Of a DNA stretch of 51,599 nt, positions 7,847 through 17,614 are shown in pieces. Source of the DNA: an uncultured Gammaproteobacteria bacterium (GTDB lineage: Bacteria; Pseudomonadota; Gammaproteobacteria; Xanthomonadales; BPKI01); NCBI GenBank assembly GCA_964526035.1, contig CAZGKE010000003.1, positions 3,312 through 54,910 on the forward strand. Direction: 5' to 3'. Numbering within the stretch: the stretch's first letter is position 1; every line of letters begins with the position of its first letter. The notes beneath the pieces are model-generated. The model saw only the letters and a program-made list of their open reading frames with translations, was not told where the DNA came from and made no database searches. The position numbers were made by a program, and so were the translations under genes.

Positions 7847-10800
7847 TCATGGAGGCGTCACCTCAAGCACCTCCAGACTGCTCACGCCGATGGCGCGCAT
7901 CTCCGGTCGATACATGTCCTCGACGAACGGCGGCGGGACCACGTAGCGGCCCGGGGACACCGCGCGCACCAGGTAGAACAGGCGTGCCTCGGTGCCGCCC
8001 CACAGATTCAGGGCGGCGACGTAGCGGTCGTCGCGGTATTCCTCGTGGCGGACTTCGACGCCCCAGTGGGTCTGCGATGGGCTCTGGTCGTCGATGACCA
8101 CGCTGGCGAAATGGCCGCTGTCGCCGAGGTTGAGGTTCTCCACTTCAAGGCCACCGGGCAGAAGGTCGACCACCAGGGCGTCGGCCATACGCTCCTCGGC
8201 GACCACGGTCAGGCGCACCAGCAGGGTTTCGCCTTCGCGCAGGCTTTCTCCATCGAAGGGGGTACCGTCCATGCGATACCAGTCGCGACGGATGCGCACG
8301 CCGGCTTCGACCGGCTCCGGCGCCTGCGTCGGCGCGCCGACGGCCTCCTCGATGAGCCAGATCGGTCCTTCGGCGGCGAGTCCCATGCGCACGCCTGCGG
8401 CAAGGTCGGCGGCATCGAAGGCGCGGCTGTAGATGCTGCGGGGTGACACCGTCTCGGCGTCGCCGGCGATCGCCAGTTCGATTTCCAGAGGTCGCCCGAC
8501 GTTCTCCAGCATGGTGCGCGCGAGCAGCACCATGGCGCCCTTTTCCTGGGTGCTAAGCCAGTAGGTTCGATGCGGATGACGACGATCGGTGCGGCTGGCA
8601 AACAGTTGGCGGGTGATGTCGAACAGGCGCTCGTCGTACTCGGGTTTGGCCAGCCCGTGGCGATGCAGCAGCGCCAGCGCCAGGGTGACGTCGCGCAGGT
8701 TGCTGCCGTAGTCGCCGATCCACAGCGGGCGCTCGAACTCGCGGCTGAAGGCTTCGGCGATGGCCGTCTCGGCACGGGCCGGATCACCCATCAGGTGCAG
8801 GGCCAAGCCGAGCTGCACCAGCGGCAACAGGGTGATGGCGTGATCGCGCTGGCGGTCGTGCATGGCGCGCAGGGTCCCGAGGGGCGCGCGCTGTACGCGT
8901 GCCAGCACATAGGCTGCATAAGCGTTGAAGGCGAAGCGCAGGTGCTGGGTGTGCTCGTAGTCCCAGTAGTGCGGCCCGCCCGCCAGCAGGTCTTCGTGCA
9001 TGCGCTCCAGCGCCTTCTGCAGTACCGCATCGGGGATGGCCACACCGGAGTCGCGCGCGCTGAGGAACAGGTCGGCGACCCACGGCGTGAGCTGGGTGGT
9101 GGGATTGCCGTCGCCCGCCCACAGGCTGAAGTGTCCGTTCGCCTGCTGCATGCTGGAGATGCGCGCGAAGGCATCGGCGAGCCAGCGCAGTCGGGTGGCT
9201 TCTTCCATGGGCGCGATCCCGAGCCGCGCAGCGCCCTCGGCATCCAGCCACAGCAGGGCGAAGGCGCGGCTCGACGTCTGCTCCAGACAGCCGTAGGGAT
9301 AGGCGATGAGTCCCTCCACGGCCGCCGCGAACGGCAGCGGCGGCAGGGTTGATGCGCTGACCCGCAGGACAGCGGATCCGGGTTGCAGGCCGGCCACCGC
9401 GTCGCCGCCGAAACGCAGGGTCTCCGGTTGTTCCAGCTTGCGCTGGCGGCTGCGACGTTCGACGGGCCATGGCGAGCGCACTGGCAGCGTGTAGGCGCGC
9501 TCGATGCGCGTATCGCCCAGTTCGGCGTGAATGCGCAGGCGACCGAGCCCGTGGCCGGGACCGCCGCGAAGCTCGAAGTTGAAAGTGCGCTTTTCACCGT
9601 CGGCGAGCTGCACCGGATCCACGCCACCTCGCACTTCGGCCAGCGCGTCGCCTTCGGCGCGGAGCGTGAGTCTTCCCGCTGCACCGCTGAAATTCTGCAC
9701 GTCGACACTGAGTCTGGCGCGGTCCCCTGGAGCAAGCACGCGCGGACTGCTGGCTTCCACTACCAGCGGCGCGCGGACGCGCATCTCGGCGCCGGCGGCC
9801 GCGTAGTCGCTGGCGCTGAAGGCGAGCGCGGCCAGGCGCAGGGTGCCGTTGAATTCAGGCAGGACGAATTCGACGCGGGCGCGACCGTCGGCGTCGACCA
9901 CGACCGGTCCCTCGAACAGATCGACGATGGCGATTTCCGCAGTCGGTCGTCGCGACTGCGGCAGTGCCGCCAGCAGCGCTGCATCGCCGCCGTAGCGCAG
10001 GCGTGCGCGTCGCCCGGCCATGTCCTCGATGATGCGACCGTAGAGATCGCGTGCCTCGACGCCGAATCCGCGACGCGCGAAGAAGTGCGCGGCGGGATCC
10101 GGCAGCGGGTAGCGAGTGATGTTGATCACGCCGATGTCGACGGCGCTCATCACCACCCGCGCATCCTTGCCGGCCAGCAGCGGGATCTGGATATCGATGG
10201 TCACGCGTTCGCCGGGGCGCGCTGATTCCGGCGCCTCGATCTGCGCCTCGACGCGGCGCTCGCTGCGGTCCATCGGCACGTGCACGATGCCGATGGCGCG
10301 CGCAGGCGTGATGCGGGCGCTGCGCTCGCCGGGGCGCAGGGCGAGCACGCTGATGTAGACATCGTGGCGCTCCCATTCGGGCGTCACCTTGAGTTTGAGA
10401 GTACCGCCGCTGCGCGCCTGGAAAGTTTCGCTGTGCAGCAGGCGATCGGACTCGACCAGCAGCACCGCCGGACCCGGGTAGGGCGGGGTGATGGTCAGTT
10501 CGAGCTCTTCGCCCGCACGGTAGCGGTTGCGGTCCAGCGCCAGCTTTACGCGGTCCGGACGGGCGTCTTCGCCGCGGTTGTGGTCGCCGTAGCCCCAGCC
10601 GGCGCGGAACGGCAGGCGCGTGGTCAGGCCGCTGTCCGGGTCGTCGACCTCCAGTCTGTAGTCACCCCAGTCGAGACTGAAATCGACGCGCGCCGGTCCT
10701 TCGGCGCGCAGCGCCACTTCGCGGCTTTCCACCACCTCGAAGCGGCGCACGAAGTCGCTGCGCCAGCCGCCTTCGGGCAGGAACGACCAGAAGTACTCGC

Positions 10801-12727
10801 GGCGCTCGCGCACCAGGCGCGCGGTGAGCGTGCCGCTGCCGCGCGTGCTGCCGTCGGCGGCATAGCGCTGGATCTCGAAACCGGCGCGACCGCTCACTTC
10901 AGCGCCGTCCTTCAGATCGAACTGCGGACGCACGCCGACCAGCGCAGGCGCCGGCCACACCACGCGCTTGATGTTGCGGTTGATGGCGCGACCGCCTGAC
11001 TCGAACACGCTTGCGTTGAGCAGCAGCGCCAGCGGGCCTGCGGCAGTGTCGGGTGCGGTCAAGGCAACTTCTGCCCGGCCCGACTCGTCGAGCGCCATGT
11101 CGACCAGCTCCACCGGTTCGCTCGATAGTTCCTCCAGCGGATCACCGAAATGCCAGCCGCGCAGCTCCGGCAGCGGGTGCGCCTCATGCGCGGTCAACAG
11201 GCGAGCGGTAAGTCGGTTGCCTGCTGCGGGCGCTCCGTACAGATAGGCGGCCTCCACGGTCACTGGCAGCGACTCGCCAGGTTCGAGCGGGCGCTCCTCG
11301 GCGGAAAGGTCAAGCTTCAGACGCTCCGGAAGAAACTCCTCGATGCGCAGCGTCATGCTGGCGTGCGCCTCGCTGGCGGAAGGGTCGAGGCGCATCTCCA
11401 CGCTCCAGCGCCCGGTCGGCACGTCGGCTGGCAGCGCGCGCTCGAACTGGTAGAACCCGAGATCCTGCGGCTCCAGTCGGAAGCTCAGGAAACTGCGTCC
11501 GTCGGGCTGCCGCAAGGTGCCGAACAGCGGCTGGGAAGCGGGAAGCGCGCGGCCATCGAAATCGCGCAGCAGCGCCATCACGCGCAGCGATTCTCCGGGG
11601 CGGTAGAGATCGCGCCCGGACCACAGGAACACGTCGACGTCGCCTTGCGGGCGACCGGCGACCTCGAATTCGGAAAGGTCCAGCGCCGGCTGGTTGAAGG
11701 GCAGCCAGGCGACATCGCGGCCGCGCCGCGCCAGCAGCACGTGGCCGCTCTGCAAGCGATAGTCGAGCTTCACCTGGCCGCTTGCATCGGTGCCAGCGCT
11801 GGCGATACGTCGGCCCTGCGGGTCCTGCACCTCCAGCGAGACGCCCGACTGCGGCTCGCCGTTGGCCAGCGAGGCCACCTGCACCCACAGTCCGTCGCGA
11901 TGGCCGCGCACGTGCAGGCCGAGATCGCTGACGAAGAAGAACGTGGTGTCCTGCTGCCATGGAAAGCTGCCGGCGCGCTTCATCACCGCGAAATAGACGC
12001 CGGGCTCGCGCAGTTCGGGGATGGTGTGTACGGGGATGTGGCTGACGCTGCGTTCGCCGCCGCGGGTCTCCAGCGCGAATCGCGCGGCGTAGACCGGGTC
12101 GGCCATGGTCGCGATCTGCTCCAGTTCCCAGTTGCCGCGCTGGCCGCTGCGCGGTCGGTTGGCAAAAAAGGCGGCGACACGGTTGTCCTTGAGCCGCAGG
12201 AACTCGATATCGACATCGCGAACGTTGACGCTGACGATCGGCAGGCCGTCGCTGTTGCGCGTGGGAAGTACCAGGCCGGAGCTGGCGAAGCCGACGCTCG
12301 GTGGCAGCGGACCGGAGTGCAGCGACAGCGGCTCCAGGGCACCGATCAGGCGTCCATCCGCCGCAGTCAGCTCGGCGTTGATGGCAACCCGGTAGTCGCG
12401 CGCTGGTTCCACGAAGGGAAAGCGCAGCGTGGCGAGATTCTCGTCGAGCATCCAGCTGCCTTCCACGGCCTCGCCATCGGCACCGCTGACAGCCAGCAGT
12501 TCGTCGAAATGCTGGGCGCCCGCCAAGGGCTGCGAGAAACGCAGGAACAGCGCGGGTCGCCCCTGCCAGGCTTCCGCGCCGGAGTCGGCCAGTTCGAACT
12601 CCTCGCTGGCCACCTCGGGTTCGACCGCCACGCTCTCCACCACCGGCGTCTCCTCGCGGCACGCCACCAGCAACGTCAGGCCGAACAGCAGAACCACACA
12701 TCGCGTCAACACGGCAGGGCGGACCAT
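7847..12727 (-). CDS. yfhM: Bacterial alpha-2-macroglobulin family lipoprotein (thioester-containing, YfhM/ECAM type)
   Basis: The ATG at 12727 was checked. Lipoprotein signal MVRPAVLTRCVVLLFGLTLLVAC. Thioester motif in YPYGCLEQTSS. About 1626 aa. The track ORF extends 106 codons further upstream with Arg/Pro-rich junk. Confidence 0.9.
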   Translation of the reverse strand: MVRPAVLTRCVVLLFGLTLLVACREETPVVESVAVEPEVASEEFELADSGAEAWQGRPALFLRFSQPLAGAQHFDELLAVSGADGEAVEGSWMLDENLATLRFPFVEPARDYRVAINAELTAADGRLIGALEPLSLHSGPLPPSVGFASSGLVLPTRNSDGLPIVSVNVRDVDIEFLRLKDNRVAAFFANRPRSGQRGNWELEQIATMADPVYAARFALETRGGERSVSHIPVHTIPELREPGVYFAVMKRAGSFPWQQDTTFFFVSDLGLHVRGHRDGLWVQVASLANGEPQSGVSLEVQDPQGRRIASAGTDASGQVKLDYRLQSGHVLLARRGRDVAWLPFNQPALDLSEFEVAGRPQGDVDVFLWSGRDLYRPGESLRVMALLRDFDGRALPASQPLFGTLRQPDGRSFLSFRLEPQDLGFYQFERALPADVPTGRWSVEMRLDPSASEAHASMTLRIEEFLPERLKLDLSAEERPLEPGESLPVTVEAAYLYGAPAAGNRLTARLLTAHEAHPLPELRGWHFGDPLEELSSEPVELVDMALDESGRAEVALTAPDTAAGPLALLLNASVFESGGRAINRNIKRVVWPAPALVGVRPQFDLKDGAEVSGRAGFEIQRYAADGSTRGSGTLTARLVRERREYFWSFLPEGGWRSDFVRRFEVVESREVALRAEGPARVDFSLDWGDYRLEVDDPDSGLTTRLPFRAGWGYGDHNRGEDARPDRVKLALDRNRYRAGEELELTITPPYPGPAVLLVESDRLLHSETFQARSGGTLKLKVTPEWERHDVYISVLALRPGERSARITPARAIGIVHVPMDRSERRVEAQIEAPESARPGERVTIDIQIPLLAGKDARVVMSAVDIGVINITRYPLPDPAAHFFARRGFGVEARDLYGRIIEDMAGRRARLRYGGDAALLAALPQSRRPTAEIAIVDLFEGPVVVDADGRARVEFVLPEFNGTLRLAALAFSASDYAAAGAEMRVRAPLVVEASSPRVLAPGDRARLSVDVQNFSGAAGRLTLRAEGDALAEVRGGVDPVQLADGEKRTFNFELRGGPGHGLGRLRIHAELGDTRIERAYTLPVRSPWPVERRSRQRKLEQPETLRFGGDAVAGLQPGSAVLRVSASTLPPLPFAAAVEGLIAYPYGCLEQTSSRAFALLWLDAEGAARLGIAPMEEATRLRWLADAFARISSMQQANGHFSLWAGDGNPTTQLTPWVADLFLSARDSGVAIPDAVLQKALERMHEDLLAGGPHYWDYEHTQHLRFAFNAYAAYVLARVQRAPLGTLRAMHDRQRDHAITLLPLVQLGLALHLMGDPARAETAIAEAFSREFERPLWIGDYGSNLRDVTLALALLHRHGLAKPEYDERLFDITRQLFASRTDRRHPHRTYWLSTQEKGAMVLLARTMLENVGRPLEIELAIAGDAETVSPRSIYSRAFDAADLAAGVRMGLAAEGPIWLIEEAVGAPTQAPEPVEAGVRIRRDWYRMDGTPFDGESLREGETLLVRLTVVAEERMADALVVDLLPGGLEVENLNLGDSGHFASVVIDDQSPSQTHWGVEVRHEEYRDDRYVAALNLWGGTEARLFYLVRAVSPGRYVVPPPFVEDMYRPEMRAIGVSSLEVLEVTPP

Positions 12728-12843
12728 TGCGGAATATTCCTTGGCGAGTGAAAAAATGATGACGAGTATAGAGGGCATGGCACTGCGTTTCGGCGGGCAA
12801 TTGCGACGGCGTGGCGGCGCCGACGTGGCGGAGCGCTGACGCC

Positions 12844-14397
12844 ATGGACGGACTGCGTCATCTGGTGGTGGTGCTGGGCGATCAGCTCGATCCCGCTTCC
12901 GCCGCGCTCGACGGCTTCGACAGCGAGCGCGATCGCCTGTGGATGGCCGAAGTCGTTCGGGAATCCGACAAGGTGTGGTCGCACAAGGCGCGCATCGTGC
13001 TGTTCCTGGCCGCCATGCGCCACTTCCGGGATGCGCAGAGAGCACAGGGCCGCACGGTCGTCTACCGTGCCCTGGACCAGCACCCGTACGCGTCGTTGGC
13101 GCAGGCCCTGGCGTCCGACATCGATGCGCTGACGCCGCAGCGCGTGATCATGGTGATGCCAGGCGAGTGGGCGGTGCGCGAGGCGCTGAGACGGGTCGTC
13201 GGGGCTGCGGGATTGATGCTCGAAGAACGCGGCGACCGTCATTTCCTGTGCACACCCGACGCCTTTGCGGCCTGGGCCGGAGGGCGCAAAGCACCGCGCA
13301 TGGAGCACTTCTATCGTTGGCTGCGCCGGCGTGAGCGGGTACTCATGGACGGCGCCGATCCGCTCGGCGGCCAATGGAACTTCGATGCCGACAACCGCGG
13401 CAGCTTCGGCCGCGGTGGGCCCGGCAGCTTGCCGGCGCCGGTTCGATTCGAACCCGACGCGCAGACCCGCGAAGTGATCGACCTGGTGGCCACGCGCTTC
13501 GCTGCTCATCCGGGCAGTCTCGATCAGTTCGACTGGCCGATCACGCCGCAGCAGGCCGAGGCGGCGCTGGCCGACTTCATCGCGCACCGACTGCCCCTGT
13601 TCGGCCAGTACCAGGACGCGATGTGGACCGCCGAGCCATGGCTCTACCACGCGCGCCTGGCGGCGGCGATGAACCTCAAGCTTCTCGACCCGCGGCGCGT
13701 CGTTGCCGCCGCCGAGGCTGCGTGGCGCGAGGGCAGGGCGCCGCTGAATGCGGTGGAAGGGTTCATCCGCCAGGTTCTTGGCTGGCGCGAATTCGTGCGC
13801 GGCATCTACTGGCTGCGCATGCCCGGCTTCGCCGATGCCAACGCGCTCGGCGCCACCCTGCCGCTGCCGGCGTTCTACTGGAGCGGCGACACCGACATGG
13901 CCTGCATGCGCGAGGCCATCGGCCAGACCCTGCGCCACGGCTACGCCCATCACATCCAGCGTCTCATGGTGACCGGTCTCTACGCCCTGCTGCTTGGCGT
14001 GCAGCCGCGCGAGGTGCACGCGTGGTATCTGGCGATCTACGTCGATGCGGTCGAGTGGGTGGAACTGCCCAACGTGCTCGGCATGAGCCAGTACGCCGAC
14101 GGCGGTTTCCTCGCCTCCAAACCCTATGTCGCCAGCGGCAGGTACATCCAGCGCATGTCCAACTACTGCGACGGCTGTCGCTTCCGTCCCGAGCAGGCGG
14201 TCGGTGCCGACGCATGCCCCTTCACCACGCTGTACTGGGACTTCCTCGACCGCCACCGACAGCGCTTCGCCTCGCACCCGCGCACCGCGCTGATGTGGCG
14301 CAACCTCGACCGGCTCGACGACGAGCGTCTGCAGGCCATTCGCGCGAAGGCAGCGTCGCTACGCGCTTCTCTTCCGGTATCCACTGAATACCCCTGA
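12844..14397 (+). CDS. Cryptochrome/photolyase family protein of the Fe-S bacterial (6-4) photolyase / CryPro type
   Basis: MDGLRHLVVVLGDQLD start (ATG 12844). C-terminal Cys cluster NYCDGCRF...CPFTTLYWDF fits the 4Fe-4S ligands of PhrB/CryB-type enzymes. About 517 aa. Confidence 0.8.
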   Translation: MDGLRHLVVVLGDQLDPASAALDGFDSERDRLWMAEVVRESDKVWSHKARIVLFLAAMRHFRDAQRAQGRTVVYRALDQHPYASLAQALASDIDALTPQRVIMVMPGEWAVREALRRVVGAAGLMLEERGDRHFLCTPDAFAAWAGGRKAPRMEHFYRWLRRRERVLMDGADPLGGQWNFDADNRGSFGRGGPGSLPAPVRFEPDAQTREVIDLVATRFAAHPGSLDQFDWPITPQQAEAALADFIAHRLPLFGQYQDAMWTAEPWLYHARLAAAMNLKLLDPRRVVAAAEAAWREGRAPLNAVEGFIRQVLGWREFVRGIYWLRMPGFADANALGATLPLPAFYWSGDTDMACMREAIGQTLRHGYAHHIQRLMVTGLYALLLGVQPREVHAWYLAIYVDAVEWVELPNVLGMSQYADGGFLASKPYVASGRYIQRMSNYCDGCRFRPEQAVGADACPFTTLYWDFLDRHRQRFASHPRTALMWRNLDRLDDERLQAIRAKAASLRASLPVSTEYP

Positions 14398-14490
14398 ATG
14401 CGATGCTGCCCCCAGGCAGTGGAGCCGCGGTTCACGACCCCTGAACATCGCGCCGCCCACCCTGCCGACCATTCGAAAGCGGAGGCAACC

Positions 14491-15897
14491 GTGTCCAAGA
14501 TCATTGTCTGGCTGCGTCGCGACCTTCGTCTCGCCGACAACCCCGCTCTGGCGCAGGCGGTGTCCGGCAACCGACCTGTGCTGCCGGTCTATATCCATGC
14601 CCCGGAGGAGGAAGGTGACTGGGCGCCGGGCGCCGCGTCGAAGGTCTGGCTGCATCGCAGCCTCGTCGCCCTGGATGCTGACCTGCGCGCGCTCGGGTCG
14701 CGGCTGATTCTGCGCCGCGGACCAAGCCTGCAGGCACTTGAGGCGCTGATCGAGGAAAGCAGCGCCGAGGCGGTGCTGTGGAACCGCGTCTACGAGCCCG
14801 CTGGCCTGCAGCGTGATCGGCAGGTCAAGCAGGCGTTGCGCGCACGCGGCATTGAAGCGCACAGTCACAACGCCGCCCTGCTGGTCGAGCCTTGGCAGGT
14901 CAGTACCGCGCAGGGCGAACCCTACCGGGTGTTTACACCGTTCTGGCGCGCCGCCTGCCGGCAACTTGAACGGCTGTCGCCACGACCGGCTCCCGTTACG
15001 CTGCCCGATCCGGGCGTCGAGTCCCTGTCGCCGGACGCCCTTGATCTGCTGCCGCGGCTGCGCTGGGACCGCAGTTTCGATGCCTTCTGGCAGCCTGGCG
15101 AAGCGGGCGCCGCTGCAGCGCTGGAGCTGTTTCTTGACGATGCCCTGCAGGGCTATGCCGAACAGCGCGATCGTCCCGACTTTCGCGGTACCTCGCGCCT
15201 GTCGCCGCATCTGCACTTCGGCGAGATCGGCCCGCGTCAGGTGCTCGCCGCGCTGCAGGATCGTTTTGACGCCGTGGTCCCGGCGCAGGCCGCGAAGTTC
15301 ATCGCCGAGCTCGGCTGGCGCGAGTTCTCCCACCACCTGCTGTTCCACTATCCCGCCACCGCCTCATCCAACATGAATCGGAAGTTCGACACCTTCGACT
15401 GGCGCGAACCGGATCCCGTCGAACTGGAGGCCTGGCAGCAAGGCCGAACCGGTATCCCCATCGTCGATGCCGGAATGCGCGAATTGTGGGCCAGCGGCTG
15501 GATGCACAACCGCGTGCGCATGATCGTCGCCTCGCTGCTCACCAAGAACCTGCGCGTGCACTGGCTGCACGGCGCGCGCTGGTTCTGGGACACCCTGGTG
15601 GATGCCGACCTCGCCAGCAACACGCAAGGCTGGCAGTGGACCGCCGGCACCGGTGCCGACGCCGCACCGTACTTCCGCATCTTCAACCCGGTCGTTCAGG
15701 GGCAGCGCTTCGATCCGAAGGGCGAGTATGTCCGGCGTTGGGTGCCCGAGCTGACGAAAGCAGACACCGCACGTGTCCATACTCCCTGGGAGAGCGGTGG
15801 TGTGGCCGGTTACGTTGCGCCCATCGTTGACCTCAAGACCAGCCGCGACGCGGCGTTGGCGGCGTTGAAACGGGTGAGCGGTGGCCTGAGCGATTGA
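14491..15897 (+). CDS. phr: Class I CPD deoxyribodipyrimidine photolyase
   Basis: GTG at 14491 preceded by GGAGG (14481-14485). IVWLRRDLRLADNPAL, GRTGIPIVDAGMRELWASGWMHNRVRM and NTQGWQWTAGTGADAAPYFRIFNP. About 468 aa. Confidence 0.9.
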   Translation: MSKIIVWLRRDLRLADNPALAQAVSGNRPVLPVYIHAPEEEGDWAPGAASKVWLHRSLVALDADLRALGSRLILRRGPSLQALEALIEESSAEAVLWNRVYEPAGLQRDRQVKQALRARGIEAHSHNAALLVEPWQVSTAQGEPYRVFTPFWRAACRQLERLSPRPAPVTLPDPGVESLSPDALDLLPRLRWDRSFDAFWQPGEAGAAAALELFLDDALQGYAEQRDRPDFRGTSRLSPHLHFGEIGPRQVLAALQDRFDAVVPAQAAKFIAELGWREFSHHLLFHYPATASSNMNRKFDTFDWREPDPVELEAWQQGRTGIPIVDAGMRELWASGWMHNRVRMIVASLLTKNLRVHWLHGARWFWDTLVDADLASNTQGWQWTAGTGADAAPYFRIFNPVVQGQRFDPKGEYVRRWVPELTKADTARVHTPWESGGVAGYVAPIVDLKTSRDAALAALKRVSGGLSD

Positions 15898-16037
15898 AGG
15901 AGGATCGGGGCAGGCCACAGCTGTGGCGCGCGGCCGGTCCTGCGCAGCCCGCGCGTTGTCGGGGCGGTGCGACGCTTGGCCGGCCTTGTGCGTCAACAAA
16001 CCCACAGGGTGATGTTTCCACCAGGAGGATTCGTGCA

Positions 16038-17204
16038 ATGACAAAGGTTTCTGTTGCTGGCTTGATTCCGCTTGTGGCATCCATGTTCGCGTTCGATGCC
16101 ATGGCCGAGATTGTAGAGCCCACGGAAGTCGGTTTCCGGGGCAGTCCGCCAACGCAGCTGCCGGATGGCCGCTTTCATGCCACGATCTGGGCGCAAGTAC
16201 CCACCACTGAACACCATCTGCGGATCGAGTCGGTGACATGGACGGGTACGTCGGTGCGTGTCGAGGTGCTGGCCGAACGCACCAATTTCAGCGATCCGAT
16301 CATCATTCCCGGTTCCTGGGTGCACACCATTCCGCTGCATATCGAGAACTTGCCGGTCGGCAACTATCCACTCGAACTGGGATCCTTGGAGCTGATGCTG
16401 GATGTGCCCGGCTACCCTGGCTTTCGCGATCCGGCAGCGGTGCGCTTCTGGCCCGACCAGCCCGCGGTCGGCGAGGATGTCTGGTTGCTCTTCGAAGCCC
16501 CGTTTGCCTGCGCGGCATCCGAACTCCAGCACTTTTTCGCCGATAGTGAACGTGGTTCGGCACGCGCCATCATCGACGTTCAGCCAGTCACCTGCGTGAC
16601 CGAACCGCGGCTCCAGGCAGTCAACCTCGGCCCGGTCGACCCCGGCATGTACCGCTTTTCGCTGGACATGCGACGCAGCAGTCGCGACGGCGAGCCGCAT
16701 CAGGCGTTCGGCAACGACGATGCCCACCTCGACCTTCCCGTCGCGGAGCACTACTCGCCGCGGCTGGGAGGCGCGTGGTTCGACCCGGCACAGGACGGAC
16801 ACGGCATCACCCTTGAGTTCGTAGAGGATGATGTGCTGCTGTTCTGGTACACCTTCGATGACCAGGGTCATCCCGCATGGCTGGTGGCACAGGGCCCCAA
16901 CACCGGCGTGCCGCTTGTGCTCGACACTCAGATCTTGAGCGGTGGTGCGTTCCCGCCCGCGTTCGATCCGGACCTGGTGCAGCGTGAACACTGGGGGACG
17001 ATCACCGTCGAGTTGGCGAATTGCTCCACCGGAAGCATGAGCTGGCAGACCAGCCATCCGGGATTCGGCAGTGGGCAGATGCCGCTTGTACGGCTGAGCG
17101 GCCCCGCGGGATTCCGATGTGACCGCGGCCCGGAGGGTGCGGCACTGAGGCCCGACTGGTATCACGATCCCGCGACCCACTTCCGCGTCGACGACCTCGA
17201 CTGA
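16038..17204 (+). CDS. Secreted hypothetical protein
   Basis: ATG at 16038 with AGGAGG at 16023-16028. Signal peptide MTKVSVAGLIPLVASMFAFDAMA. No family recognised. The C-terminal half has the pattern GAWFDPAQDGHGITLEF...FWYTFDDQGHPAWL. Confidence 0.6.
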   Translation: MTKVSVAGLIPLVASMFAFDAMAEIVEPTEVGFRGSPPTQLPDGRFHATIWAQVPTTEHHLRIESVTWTGTSVRVEVLAERTNFSDPIIIPGSWVHTIPLHIENLPVGNYPLELGSLELMLDVPGYPGFRDPAAVRFWPDQPAVGEDVWLLFEAPFACAASELQHFFADSERGSARAIIDVQPVTCVTEPRLQAVNLGPVDPGMYRFSLDMRRSSRDGEPHQAFGNDDAHLDLPVAEHYSPRLGGAWFDPAQDGHGITLEFVEDDVLLFWYTFDDQGHPAWLVAQGPNTGVPLVLDTQILSGGAFPPAFDPDLVQREHWGTITVELANCSTGSMSWQTSHPGFGSGQMPLVRLSGPAGFRCDRGPEGAALRPDWYHDPATHFRVDDLD

Positions 17205-17446
17205 TTCGCATCGAACGACGTGGTTGCGCCGGTGTGACCCACCGGCGTGACCCAGTTCCGCAGCGCGGCGTCGGCTGATGCCTGCAAACTGCGAAAGGGC
17301 CACACTGCCCACCTTCTCTGGCGTCGACTACACTGCAGCCGACGGCTGGGCCGGACGCGCGCGCACGCGCACGCGTCGGGAACGCTGTCCCCGCTGGTTT
17401 GACCTGATCAAACCAGCACCCATCAACACAGCACGAGGGGATGTAC

Positions 17447-17545
17447 ATGAGCAAGGGTCTGGACCAGAAGAAGTCGAAGAAGAAGGAACCCACCAAGACG
17501 TTGAAGGAGAAGCGCGCTGCGAAGCAGGAGAAAAAGAAGAAGTAG
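17447..17545 (+). CDS. Candidate 32-aa lysine-rich micro-protein (MSKGLDQKKSKKKEPTKTLKEKRAAKQEKKKK)
   Basis: Translated by hand; it is below the track's size cutoff. GAGGGG (17435-17440) lies 6 nt upstream of the ATG at 17447, and an in-frame ATG also sits at 17441. Stop TAG at 17543-17545. Immediately upstream of the channel gene. Confidence 0.4.
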   Translation: MSKGLDQKKSKKKEPTKTLKEKRAAKQEKKKK

Positions 17546-17614
17546 TGCGGATGCCGGGTGTTGATCCCGTGGGTGAGTGCGCCGAGGAGTACCGGCAGGG
17601 CCGGGCAGGGCCGA

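Noticed and set aside
7847-13045. N-terminal extensions of track ORFs: the 1732-aa version of the alpha-2-macroglobulin ORF, and likewise the ORFs 152..811, 1666..3393, 2856..4484, 15894..17204, 26915..29344, 29236..30678, 30449..31573, 33048..33878, 34789..35400 and 41332..43587.
   Set aside because: The extensions are Arg/Pro-rich, overlap the upstream gene or promoter, and precede clear homologous N-termini, signal peptides or RBS-start pairs. I verified those in the nucleotide sequence and used the trimmed coordinates instead.
15914-15927. 14-nt palindrome GCCACAGCTGTGGC between the CPD photolyase gene and the secreted-protein gene as an operator.
   Set aside because: It is a single short palindrome with no partner sites and no adjacent regulator gene. 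It is too weak to call.
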